Below, piece by piece: positions 47,848 to 56,695 of a DNA stretch of 59,105 bases. This DNA comes from a virus. Its lineage: Duplodnaviria > Caudoviricetes. The position numbers and the translations under genes were made by a program. The stretch's first letter is position 1; every line of letters begins with the position of its first letter. The notes under the pieces are model-generated. The model did not search any database. It saw only the letters and a program-made list of their open reading frames with translations, and had not been told where the DNA came from. The stretch is taken from IMG/VR virus record IMGVR_UViG_3300030330_000851, positions 1 through 59,105 of that record; one strand, given 5' to 3'.

Positions 47848-47857
47848 ACACTGTATA

Positions 47858-48595
47858 CTATAGTATATCTTCTATTATAAATGAATTGATGTCTTCACTT
47901 GGATTGTCCCCAAAGAATCTATTATAAACCTCGATAGCTTTATCCACCTTCAGCATTCCATTATGCACGAACTCTTCTGATGGTTCAAACACCCCAAGCA
48001 TCTTTGTGTTCTTATCTATCACATAGAATACTAATGGTCTACCAAATAACTCTTGGTATATATAACACTGACTATCGTAGTTGTACTTACGTGCCGACCA
48101 TTTGAAGTCGTTGATGTTTGATGTAGTCTTTAAATCGATGATACAATCCTCACATAATATATCAGCCTTGCCTTTCCATTGCATGCCTTTAATCATTCCT
48201 ATTGCAGGTTTCTCATACTCATTGGCATCCTCTGTCATCTTATCAAACATAAAGATGTTTCCTCTAATGGTTTGAACCAAGTCTAATATATTGTTACACT
48301 CTTTATTAAGGAGGGCAACTTCCACCCCATGCTCTGCGATAAATTCCTTGTATGCTTTTGTGTTTCGAGAGGCTACATCCACACACAAAGTATCTGCTGC
48401 CTTTTCAGGCTCGAGCAATAGCTGATGGAAGTACCTTCCCTCTGCAAAGTTTTTGTTGTCGGGTCTGCTAATTCTAAACTCTTTTGGATTAGATAGTAGT
48501 GTACCTATGTCTGAGTTGCTTAGGTATTGCTTACCAAAGTCTCCATAGTAATTGCTATCGTCTTCTAACTTCTTTAATATGTCCTCTGTTTTCAT
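47858..48595 (-). CDS. RecE/DUF3799-like PD-(D/E)XK exonuclease
   Basis: LSNSDI, GRYFH.LLLEP, KGKADI, IIDLKTT, YDSQCYIY. Confidence 0.85.
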   Translation of the reverse strand: MKTEDILKKLEDDSNYYGDFGKQYLSNSDIGTLLSNPKEFRISRPDNKNFAEGRYFHQLLLEPEKAADTLCVDVASRNTKAYKEFIAEHGVEVALLNKECNNILDLVQTIRGNIFMFDKMTEDANEYEKPAIGMIKGMQWKGKADILCEDCIIDLKTTSNINDFKWSARKYNYDSQCYIYQELFGRPLVFYVIDKNTKMLGVFEPSEEFVHNGMLKVDKAIEVYNRFFGDNPSEDINSFIIEDIL

Positions 48596-48596
48596 G

Positions 48597-49124
48597 CTAT
48601 TTAATTTTGAATTTCTTTTTCAACTCTGTCTTGTGCTTAGTGGTTACATCATACTTACGTTGTAACTCTTTAACTATAGCAGTCAAACCTTTCTCCTTGT
48701 TTACTGCTACATACTTTAGAACCTTATCCCAATTATCACTACCTATTTCAAGTTCGATAGTTGTTTTCTTTGGCGCAGGTTTCTTATCTTGATTAGCTAT
48801 GGCATTGCTTACCTCATCGGCTGAAGCTACTGACGTATCTAATCCTATACCGAAGTTAGCTAATGCTCTACCCCAAGCTGAGGTCTCGCAGTTCTCTACG
48901 TAACTTGTCTTGTTAATAAAGGTACTACCCTTTTCTTCTTCAGCTAATCCTGTAGCCAATGCTCTACCTGTTTTGTCTGAGATGGTAGCTTTGATTAGTA
49001 TGCTTGTCTCTGTTTTGTCTAACACCTCACTCACTAATGAATGGTCTTTGTAGTTAGCTCTAAAATGTTTCAGTCTTTCGTTAACCTCAACGTATTCTTT
49101 TCCTTTAATGTTTATTGTTTTCAT
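48597..49124 (-). CDS. Putative single-strand annealing protein (Rad52/Sak-like)
   Basis: KGKEYVEVNERL, ATGLAEE, ENCETSAWGRAL..GIG; adjacent to the exonuclease. Confidence 0.6.
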   Translation of the reverse strand: MKTINIKGKEYVEVNERLKHFRANYKDHSLVSEVLDKTETSILIKATISDKTGRALATGLAEEEKGSTFINKTSYVENCETSAWGRALANFGIGLDTSVASADEVSNAIANQDKKPAPKKTTIELEIGSDNWDKVLKYVAVNKEKGLTAIVKELQRKYDVTTKHKTELKKKFKIK

Positions 49125-49522
49125 TTGAATAGATATTTATTTATTTGTTTTATTACTCTTCGATAGTCGATAAGTATTTGCTTTCTTATTTTCTTCATAG
49201 ACTTTATGTGCTTGTCATTCTTCCTTGTGTTAACCTCTTGCTTCATCTTCTTCTCTATTAAATCTAATCGTCTTCGATAGTTCAACAAGGTTAATCTATA
49301 GACACCTACCACCCATCCATTATCTAAGAATGTTTGGTACTGCTCACTTGTTATCTCTTCATAAAATAATCCTCCCTTTGTGGTATTGTATATGTGAACG
49401 TCATGCCCTTCCTTTGTTATCTTTATTCCTTGTCGGAGTCGTGCTTCATATCCCATGCCATCAAGGTTTATGCTTACCTCATCTGTGTTTGCCTGATTAA
49501 ATATGTCATTTAATTTATACAT
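49121..49522 (-). CDS. Hypothetical protein
   Basis: ORF track; coupled. Confidence 0.7.
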   Translation of the reverse strand: MYKLNDIFNQANTDEVSINLDGMGYEARLRQGIKITKEGHDVHIYNTTKGGLFYEEITSEQYQTFLDNGWVVGVYRLTLLNYRRRLDLIEKKMKQEVNTRKNDKHIKSMKKIRKQILIDYRRVIKQINKYLFK

Positions 49523-49812
49523 TCTGATTGAATCCTTTTAACCATTTCTTTCCATTGAGAATTAGATGTGGATAAAAACTTAACCTTGTTGTATCCATGA
49601 TAGATAGAGGAGTGACTGATGTCATACTCATTATCTTTCATGTACTTAATTAACTGTGCTATTGTCATTGGCGTTTCAATAGATAAGTAGTATAGTAAAT
49701 GCCTTGCATCTACTAAGTCCGTTCGTTTATCCTTTGCAAACAATTCTTGTTGCTCAAGATAAAACTCTTTACATATGTGTGACACATACTTGTTGAATAT
49801 TTTCTTATTCAT
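49510..49812 (-). CDS. DnaA domain IV (HTH)-like DNA-binding protein; ORF is open upstream to 49944
   Basis: ICKEFYL..ELFAKDKRTDLVDARHLLYYL..TIAQL...SHSSIYHGYNKV parallels the DnaA C-terminal RxxxxxxARQxxMYL..DHTTVxHA pattern; AT-rich initiation region before 49812. Confidence 0.65.
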   Translation of the reverse strand: MNKKIFNKYVSHICKEFYLEQQELFAKDKRTDLVDARHLLYYLSIETPMTIAQLIKYMKDNEYDISHSSIYHGYNKVKFLSTSNSQWKEMVKRIQSECIN

Positions 49813-49930
49813 TTGATTTAATTTTTGATTATACAATTCGACGCCTTGAGGCGTCACTTCCCTTTGGTGTATCTCATTATCATACACACCATTATATATA
49901 TCCCCTTCTAACTGTTGGATATAAATGTCT

Positions 49931-50356
49931 TTAGTCCTTCCCATTGTTTAGTTTTTTATATTTACTAACGTGCTTCTCCCAATAGAACTCCTCCACATCT
50001 TTAATGTTATCTGACTGCACACTATCATCCCCTACTTGTTTGTAAAAGGTATTGTTCTTCAGTGCTTGTATATAAAATCCACCTACGTACACCACTACAT
50101 CCGTGCAATCATCTCGAAGAAACTGTGGTTCTTCTGATGTGTATGTAGATGTGTAGTTAGAGTTTATTATCTTAGCTAAAAACTCTGTTTGACTATCTAA
50201 AAATCTTTCTCTTGGTATGAACCTACCGAAACTTTGGAAGTCCTCAAGCGTCATCTCGTCTGTCTTGTCTACATAGGTCTGTAACCTGCGTATAAATTTC
50301 CGATTGGGTTTTGTTTTGAGTTTCTGAAATAGAATCTCTTTGAATATAATGTTCAT
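49931..50356 (-). CDS. Hypothetical protein
   Basis: ORF track; first gene after the promoter at 50386. Confidence 0.65.
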   Translation of the reverse strand: MNIIFKEILFQKLKTKPNRKFIRRLQTYVDKTDEMTLEDFQSFGRFIPRERFLDSQTEFLAKIINSNYTSTYTSEEPQFLRDDCTDVVVYVGGFYIQALKNNTFYKQVGDDSVQSDNIKDVEEFYWEKHVSKYKKLNNGKD

Positions 50357-50385
50357 CTGTCCTTAATTTATTTATATTAACACTA

Positions 50386-50416
50386 TAAAGATACTTAAAA
50401 TAAACTACAATTCCAA
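50386..50416 (-). promoter_or_regulatory. Early/middle promoter TTG-N20-TATCTTTA
   Basis: Bacteroidota -33/-7 geometry; shares CTTGGAATTGT with the 55134 promoter. Confidence 0.65.
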
Positions 50417-50421
50417 GTAGT

Positions 50422-50667
50422 TTAATCTAAATCTTTTGGTTTACACATGAGTACGTTACCCACGATGGTTTGTCCTGCAAGTTTACTTGCGTATTCATTG
50501 ACGGGTAGTCCAAAGATTAATCCTTCTTCGTTGACTATCATGATGTCATCATCGGTGAGTCGCACCAATTCAATGTACCCACCCACTGCGTCTTGCATTT
50601 GTTTAAGGCTATTCTCTTTATCAATAGCTACCTCTTCTATTGTTCCGTCTGTTTTAATCCACTTCAT
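50422..50667 (-). CDS. DUF3846-like protein
   Basis: LKQMQDAVGGYIE..MIVNEEG..LPVN..AS..IVG.V. Confidence 0.8.
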   Translation of the reverse strand: MKWIKTDGTIEEVAIDKENSLKQMQDAVGGYIELVRLTDDDIMIVNEEGLIFGLPVNEYASKLAGQTIVGNVLMCKPKDLD

Positions 50668-50671
50668 CTTA

Positions 50672-50875
50672 TTAGTTTTGATTGTTATTAACTCTGTCGT
50701 AAGCAATCATAGACAGTATGCGTGTAGGTAGTACATGCATATCGTTACATTTGTCACAACATCTATCTCCTTCTTCACCCAAAGGAGCAGGGTTATGTCC
50801 TTTGTCCCATCCTGTGACGGGGCAAGGTTTTATTTCTTGGTTGCACAAACAACACTTTAGTTTTTCTTTCTTCAT
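50672..50875 (-). CDS. Small Zn-finger protein
   Basis: CCLC..GHNPAP..RCCDKCN. Confidence 0.7.
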   Translation of the reverse strand: MKKEKLKCCLCNQEIKPCPVTGWDKGHNPAPLGEEGDRCCDKCNDMHVLPTRILSMIAYDRVNNNQN

Positions 50876-51294
50876 TCTATTATTTTTATTCCCATATTAT
50901 AGGCTACTTCATCAATCATTTCAAAAATTCTCATAGATAGATACTCACTACTAAACACTTTATCAAGTACCTCTCTTGCTTCTTGTTGGGTACAATCCCA
51001 ATTCATTTGTACATCCTCAATACACCACATATTACCTGCGTAGTATCCTCGTTGTTCAAGTATATTCCTCAAGTCTCTTGTCTCTATGGACAAAGAGTTT
51101 AGGTCTACGAATGTAGAGTACCCTTCTTTCTTTGCTTCATCCACCCAATGTTTTAGTTTGTTAGTTACTATATCTAATACCTCTCCGTCTGATAGGTATC
51201 CTTTAGACTCACTGTCCTCAGCATGCTTAGGACTCTCAATGAAATCTATTATCTCTTCCATTTGTTTTACTGTATAACTTTGATTCTTTTTCAT
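50872..51294 (-). CDS. Hypothetical early protein
   Basis: SDGEVLD, WCIEDV..EAREVL. Confidence 0.65.
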   Translation of the reverse strand: MKKNQSYTVKQMEEIIDFIESPKHAEDSESKGYLSDGEVLDIVTNKLKHWVDEAKKEGYSTFVDLNSLSIETRDLRNILEQRGYYAGNMWCIEDVQMNWDCTQQEAREVLDKVFSSEYLSMRIFEMIDEVAYNMGIKIIE

Positions 51295-51384
51295 AACTGT
51301 CTTGTTTTTAAATATTTAATGTAGAGTGTACAGTCAAAGCTGTCCCAATACTCTATCCAATCTGCGATGTTAGTTGCTTTCATC

Positions 51385-51984
51385 TTATTTGTTTTTTATC
51401 TTGTTAATTAACTTGCCAATCTTTTTTCCTGTAGGAGTGTCCTTATAATCGTGCTTCTCTTCTAACCAATAAAGAGTATCCAAAACTTCTTGTTTAATAA
51501 GTCCAATCTTTGCTTCCTCTCTACTTCTAAAGTATTTTGTGTTAGGATTCTCATCATGCATATCCTCTGATACCCAATCCCAATATGAATGTACTATAAC
51601 CCCACCTTCGATAGTCCAATAGTCCTCTCCTTCAGTAAATGGGTATGGGTTTTTATTGTATTCAATTATAAAATGTATGACTGCAGTGTATGTATCTCTC
51701 AAGGAACAGGATGTGTAGCCCTCTTTAATTTGCGCAAGATTTTTGTTAAAGCAAAATGAATCACGTGTATCTATTCTTTTAAAGATGGTATCCACTACAG
51801 GTATTAACCAATCCCATGAGGTTTTAAATTCTAAGTCATTCACAGGAATCCAATCTCCACTATTATAAATTCTTCTATAGTATTCTCCGTTATTCTCTTC
51901 CATGCCCATGAACTCTGCTATTAATCTATTCTCCATGTCTAACATTTTTACAGGCTTGTCCTTTTTTTGTTTTTCTTTTTTCAT
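51385..51984 (-). CDS. Hypothetical early protein (ABA-sandwich-like N-terminal half)
   Basis: NRLIAEFMG..F.TSWDWLIPVVD. Confidence 0.6.
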   Translation of the reverse strand: MKKEKQKKDKPVKMLDMENRLIAEFMGMEENNGEYYRRIYNSGDWIPVNDLEFKTSWDWLIPVVDTIFKRIDTRDSFCFNKNLAQIKEGYTSCSLRDTYTAVIHFIIEYNKNPYPFTEGEDYWTIEGGVIVHSYWDWVSEDMHDENPNTKYFRSREEAKIGLIKQEVLDTLYWLEEKHDYKDTPTGKKIGKLINKIKNK

Positions 51985-52078
51985 AATTATCTTAGTTTAT
52001 AAATTCTTATTTTGTATTTCAATATGTTCAATCTGAATATGGTTTTGTATCTGCTCATGGTATTTATTTTAAGATTAT

Positions 52079-52105
52079 AAAATAGGGGAGAGACTTTCCC
52101 TCCCC
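52079..52105 (-). terminator. Terminator-like hairpin
   Basis: Minus strand GGGGAGGG-aaagt-CTCTCCCC followed by TATTTT. Confidence 0.65.
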
Positions 52106-52139
52106 ATTCTTATGTGTGCGACGCCTCAAGGCGTCATCA

Positions 52140-53345
52140 TTATAGGTAGAGGTTGTGCTTACTAACCTCATCCTCATTGAACCAACCACCACATGCATTG
52201 CAGTAGTACATATTAAACCCATCGTACTCAAGCGTACCTGAGTAACAATCAATACAGTGAGGGTTGACAAGTGTGTTGCTATCCGCACTGATAACCCTGT
52301 CTCTGTTCTCCCACTCCTCTAAAAAACTATCTGTGTTCTCTATCTGCTTAGGTGTTGAGGCAAAGAAGTTATCCTCTTGTTGCAGTTCAGTGGTGTCCTC
52401 CCATGAATCCCATGTAGTGTCCTTCTTTGGTTTTGAATGGTAACTTGGTGTGTTCCATGTGTTCCATGAACTACCCCATCCATAGTTGTACTTGGGTTGC
52501 GACTGCTTGTATGTTTGATGTAGCTTTCTATTGCCCACTTTCTCTTGTATGTTGAAGTATACCCAAGCCATTACAATGCTACCATCCTCCATCTTTATAG
52601 GTATCTTCTCACGTCTGTACCAATTAGGATGTGACTCCAATGAATCAATGTCCTTAAACACTGAGTCACTTACCTTGAACACATCAATGTCTACATTAAA
52701 GCCCACCCCTTTCTCATTGATGAGGTATGGCAATCCACTTATGACAAGAGGATATCTATCTGCTGTCTTACCTGCACCAACGTATCGTGATGAGGTTAGA
52801 TACCAATTGTAATTGCTGTATCCTTTCTTCAGTGTACCATACACACCTATCACATTGTTCTGTAATACGTTGGTCTTTGAATACCATACCCCATCTTTGA
52901 AAGTATACAAGTGTCGGTTGTATATCTGAAAGGTCTTAGTCTTGGTATTGATACTGACAAACCTACTACTATACTTGGCGAGGTGCTTCTTCCATTTCTT
53001 ACGTGGTATGTCCCCAAGTTTCTCAGCTAACACTCTGCTATCACACTTGATGAAGTTACCCATACCCTTGATAGTTCCGTTCATCATAAGCAGTTCATTC
53101 TTCTGCTTACCACATACGAATGGATGAGTATTATCTCTGTTCACTGCACCCACTGTTGCATATCTGAAGTGAGCAATGTATGGTCGTGTCGTATCAAGTA
53201 TCTCCCACTCATGAGACTTGTGATAGGATACATCAAAGGTGTCCAACCATACTACACCCATACCATCAGGGTTTATTTCTGACGCGTTCTCTAAGGTGTC
53301 GCGACTAACCTTGTTTTCTTTTTGTTTAATAATAATTACACACAT
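52140..53345 (-). CDS. Class II (Ntn) glutamine amidotransferase fused to gamma-glutamylcyclotransferase (AIG2-like) and a Zn ribbon
   Basis: N-terminal MC, NPDGMG, AHFRYATVG, NTHPF, NG, DSR; VYGTLKKG..N, IDSLE; CxxC..CxxC. Confidence 0.88.
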   Translation of the reverse strand: MCVIIIKQKENKVSRDTLENASEINPDGMGVVWLDTFDVSYHKSHEWEILDTTRPYIAHFRYATVGAVNRDNTHPFVCGKQKNELLMMNGTIKGMGNFIKCDSRVLAEKLGDIPRKKWKKHLAKYSSRFVSINTKTKTFQIYNRHLYTFKDGVWYSKTNVLQNNVIGVYGTLKKGYSNYNWYLTSSRYVGAGKTADRYPLVISGLPYLINEKGVGFNVDIDVFKVSDSVFKDIDSLESHPNWYRREKIPIKMEDGSIVMAWVYFNIQEKVGNRKLHQTYKQSQPKYNYGWGSSWNTWNTPSYHSKPKKDTTWDSWEDTTELQQEDNFFASTPKQIENTDSFLEEWENRDRVISADSNTLVNPHCIDCYSGTLEYDGFNMYYCNACGGWFNEDEVSKHNLYL

Positions 53346-53420
53346 AATTGTAAATTTAATTTAATTTGTGGTACGAATAACGTGGTCGTACCTTCCACAT
53401 ATTAATGACGCCTCAAGGCG

Positions 53421-54458
53421 TTACTTCCAATTGTCTATCTTCCAACCAAACTGTCTGTTGTTTTGACGCTTGTTGTAGTAGTACAACTCTTTATCTATTG
53501 CACACTGTGTCCACCTACCTGTATTGTAAAAGTCTCCATCAAGAAAGGGCAATGCGTTGGCATCTATCTTGCCCTCGTTTAAGAATAGGTCAAAGCTTTT
53601 CGCATACTCCAATGCCTCATCTACTTTGCGGGTGTCATTGTTATACATCATCATTAGGATGGGACGTATCTTGGCATAGAACACTTTGTGCTGTCGTCTT
53701 GGATAGTTCACTGCGGTATCCATTAACTCATAGAACAACTCGTACCTCCTCATCATCTGACGAACGGATGTGAATCTGCTGACAAGTCTAAACTCAACTG
53801 TCCCATTTGCTTTGGCTAACGCCATGTTATACCTACCGTTCTGTCCATTGTAGGTGTAGTTATACTTTCTCATGTTCTTGGCTAACCTACTCTCCTCTTT
53901 CGTTCTCATGTTGAGGTTGCCATTGCAATAGGAGTTTCCGAGTCTTAGTCTATACAAGTACATGAGTATCCCACTGTACTTGCGTAACTTCTTGAGTAAC
54001 TCTTGAGACTCCATCCCCTCACACGCCACTGTGATATGTCCACCACAATCTGCATTACTTGGACTCCATCTGTCGTCTATAACTCTCTCTGCTTGGTACA
54101 TGAGGTTGTATATTTTCGTTCTCCAACTACATCGTGGTAGCAATGGTAGTATGTGAGTGACTGCCTCAGTCCCACAACTACTGTCTCTCTCGAAGCCACA
54201 AAATAATCTGTACTCATAGATAGAACTACGTGATATGTCCTCCTTCTCCACCTCCATGCCGATAGTAAACTTGGTTTCATAATCTCCACCCAAGTCAATG
54301 AGCGAGTCACGTTGCTCTCGTTTTCTTAGACCTGCAATATCTACTTTGTACTTGGTCTTGTTTAGTTTGAGGGGTGGTAGCTTACAATGGTAGTCCACTC
54401 TTTGTCCTCTTGTTGTGTCGCCTGTTAATTCATAGGCTATTCCATTTTGTTCACACAT
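53421..54458 (-). CDS. COOH-NH2 ligase (amidoligase_2, glutamine-synthetase fold)
   Basis: FTIGMEVE, RDSS..EAV, CGGHITV, RY, GTVEFR. Confidence 0.8.
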   Translation of the reverse strand: MCEQNGIAYELTGDTTRGQRVDYHCKLPPLKLNKTKYKVDIAGLRKREQRDSLIDLGGDYETKFTIGMEVEKEDISRSSIYEYRLFCGFERDSSCGTEAVTHILPLLPRCSWRTKIYNLMYQAERVIDDRWSPSNADCGGHITVACEGMESQELLKKLRKYSGILMYLYRLRLGNSYCNGNLNMRTKEESRLAKNMRKYNYTYNGQNGRYNMALAKANGTVEFRLVSRFTSVRQMMRRYELFYELMDTAVNYPRRQHKVFYAKIRPILMMMYNNDTRKVDEALEYAKSFDLFLNEGKIDANALPFLDGDFYNTGRWTQCAIDKELYYYNKRQNNRQFGWKIDNWK

Positions 54459-54511
54459 AATATTTGATTTGATTTAATTAAACAATATGACGCCTCAAGG
54501 CGTCATTACTT

Positions 54512-55000
54512 TTATTCTTCCGTTGCACCATTGGTTTCTGTTGGTAAGCTTTCAATGTTTGAATTGAATTGTTCCGTTGGTGACTGCGTCTGCTCAATGA
54601 ATGAGAAGTCATCACACATATTCTCTAATACTGTATCTAATAGTTGGTCTTGTCCTTCCTCAATCTCCCTATACATACTACTACTCAACGCGAATGAGTG
54701 TACAGTTACCTCAATCTCATGGTCGTTTAAGTCAAGGTCATAGTCCCAATCCTCTACCCAATCATTTTCTTCTCGTTGAGACACCCAATCACTTACGGAT
54801 AACTTAGCAAACAGGTCTGTAACGTACGCCTTAAAGTCTGCCTTAGTCATGTTGATTTGTCCCTCATTAGCTTGAGGTTCCTCAATCCTATTTAATAATT
54901 TAATCACTTCCTCTCGAGTGAATAATGTTTTGTGGAACACAGTCCCCATGTTCTCATCAAGTTTTGTTAGCACTTCTGCTATTGTCATTTTGTTTTGCAT
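54512..55000 (-). CDS. Acidic hypothetical early protein
   Basis: ORF track; D/E-rich. Confidence 0.7.
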   Translation of the reverse strand: MQNKMTIAEVLTKLDENMGTVFHKTLFTREEVIKLLNRIEEPQANEGQINMTKADFKAYVTDLFAKLSVSDWVSQREENDWVEDWDYDLDLNDHEIEVTVHSFALSSSMYREIEEGQDQLLDTVLENMCDDFSFIEQTQSPTEQFNSNIESLPTETNGATEE

Positions 55001-55133
55001 AATACATTTATTAATTGGTTACACTGCCAAAACCCCATGCCGTTGCTGACATGGGGCGAGATAAACGACGCCTCAAGGCGTCATCTATATTTCGTAGGCA
55101 AATGAGTAGTAAACCCTACGAATAATAACAATA

Positions 55134-55189
55134 CAAATGTACTGTAAATAAACGACAATTCCAAGACAATTTGAAAGGAGTTATCCACA
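55134..55189 (-). promoter_or_regulatory. Early promoter TTG-N20-TACATTTG with an upstream perfect DnaA box, TTATCCACA (55181-55189)
   Basis: Bacteroidota consensus and the canonical DnaA box sequence. Confidence 0.7.
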
Positions 55190-55203
55190 GCTTTTGTATG
55201 TGA

Positions 55204-55329
55204 TTACTTTCTTTTAATCCTACCAATCTCATTTAGTTGTTTGAATTTCATTAACTTCTCTTCTATACTTACCACTATGCTCACTAAACTACTCGCCACT
55301 ATTGTGGCTACTATCATTGTTGTTGTCAT
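55204..55329 (-). CDS. Small membrane peptide, 41 aa (not in the ORF track)
   Basis: Hand translation MTTTMIVATIVASSLVSIVVSIEEK..; starts just after the previous stop. Confidence 0.45.
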   Translation of the reverse strand: MTTTMIVATIVASSLVSIVVSIEEKLMKFKQLNEIGRIKRK

Positions 55330-55332
55330 GAC

Positions 55333-55794
55333 TTATTTGTTTTGGTATTTCGTTATCAATTCTTTTATCTGCTGAACATCCTTTTCGGGTATCTCTCTAT
55401 ACAACCACGATGTGCCGTACTTATAGTTGTTGTCATAATATATGTTTGCTCTTTGTAATTGTTCACACGCCCACTCATATGATTGGTATTCCCCCAAACT
55501 TTTAAGATACTTTGTTTGCATTGGAGTCCCTGCGTTCATGTCGTTCAGATGATGCTTCTCCCATAAACTTAGAATGGTTTGCACATCTTTATTGTTGGGA
55601 TAATCTTTCGCTATTGTGTCTATGCATTGACCTGCCCTTTGATAGTCCCAATCGTCTATGTACTTATCATATTGATAGTCATACAATCCACTTGCAGAAA
55701 AACATAATCCTTTTTCTTTTTCTATTAGGCTTATTTCAATTACTGAATGCCCCTTTAAGTAATGGTCTCCTCCGAGTTTTATTTTTGCTTTCAT
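55333..55794 (-). CDS. Hypothetical early protein (GQC..W..HLNDM..Y.YG..W family)
   Basis: AGQCID, LWEKHHLNDMNAG, YKYGTSWL. Confidence 0.75.
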   Translation of the reverse strand: MKAKIKLGGDHYLKGHSVIEISLIEKEKGLCFSASGLYDYQYDKYIDDWDYQRAGQCIDTIAKDYPNNKDVQTILSLWEKHHLNDMNAGTPMQTKYLKSLGEYQSYEWACEQLQRANIYYDNNYKYGTSWLYREIPEKDVQQIKELITKYQNK

Positions 55795-55806
55795 AACTTA
55801 TTTGTT

Positions 55807-56103
55807 TTAAAAATTTACTATACTACCATCATCCTTTACCATTCTCACAACCTCAACATCACTCCAATTTTCACATTGGGTTATCTCTCTCCAAGTCCTT
55901 GCCAACTTGTGTGCTTCAAAATTTGTTAAGTACAAATCGTTTACCTCCACGTCCTTCCAAAAGACTGAGTAAAGTTTGAGTGAGTCGTAATACTCTTGGT
56001 CGTGAGGGTATCTTGCATCCTCTAATTCTTCTTGCCAATCCAACCACTCTTGGTCAGTCATATCTCGTTCGTCTTTTAAACCGAACACTACTTCATTCTT
56101 CAT
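55807..56103 (-). CDS. Acidic hypothetical early protein
   Basis: ORF track. Confidence 0.6.
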   Translation of the reverse strand: MKNEVVFGLKDERDMTDQEWLDWQEELEDARYPHDQEYYDSLKLYSVFWKDVEVNDLYLTNFEAHKLARTWREITQCENWSDVEVVRMVKDDGSIVNF

Positions 56104-56119
56104 GCTATTTATTTTTATT

Positions 56120-56287
56120 TTATTTGTTTTTATTTAAGTCGTTTACAATGCTTATAGCCAACTCTAACCCCACTATTTGTCCTTCCATATAATCATATGA
56201 AGCATTATTTGGAGTAAAGCAAGGACAGTTACGTTCTTTTTTTATTCTCTCTTTTAATGCTTTTATTATTTTTTCTGCTTCTTGCAT
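56120..56287 (-). CDS. Hypothetical protein, 55 aa (not in the ORF track)
   Basis: Hand translation MQEAEKIIKALKERI..YMEGQIVGLELAISIV. Confidence 0.6.
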   Translation of the reverse strand: MQEAEKIIKALKERIKKERNCPCFTPNNASYDYMEGQIVGLELAISIVNDLNKNK

Positions 56288-56290
56288 AGC

Positions 56291-56491
56291 TTATTTGTTT
56301 TTAGTTATTAAAAAGTATCCATGCAAGTATCCCATTGACATCAATAGCCAAACTATACCTGTTATTATTCTTGTTTTCATTTGAATTTCACGTGGAGTAA
56401 AATCTCCCATGAAACTTAATACTGATGCAATACCCAACATAACTGCAAGGATAAAGCACACATTCTTTAGATAAACATCTTTCTTTTTCAT
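56291..56491 (-). CDS. Small 2-TM membrane protein
   Basis: Two hydrophobic segments. Confidence 0.6.
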   Translation of the reverse strand: MKKKDVYLKNVCFILAVMLGIASVLSFMGDFTPREIQMKTRIITGIVWLLMSMGYLHGYFLITKNK

Positions 56492-56497
56492 CTGTAT

Positions 56498-56695
56498 TTA
56501 TTTATTTGGTTTAACATTATGACGCCTTGAGGCGTCACTCTCTATTTCGTTTAGCATCTCGAGATGATTATCTAATACATTTAATAATCTTTCGAGGCTC
56601 TCTGTTTTTGTATTGGTATTACTTAGTTTAATAAATCCATGCACGCCCCCAATACATAACAATAATGCGCACAATGGTATAACAATTAGTCCCAT
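56498..56695 (-). CDS. Small membrane-anchored protein; its 3' end runs through a palindrome copy
   Basis: N-terminal TM; DASRRH is encoded by the palindrome. Confidence 0.5.
   Translation of the reverse strand: MGLIVIPLCALLLCIGGVHGFIKLSNTNTKTESLERLLNVLDNHLEMLNEIESDASRRHNVKPNK

Noticed and set aside
33575-50253. Partial palindrome matches (TGACGCCTGAAG at about 33575, TGACGCCATGAG at about 38385, TCCTCAAGCGTCA at about 50241)
   Set aside because: One arm only, inside coding sequence; compatible with chance
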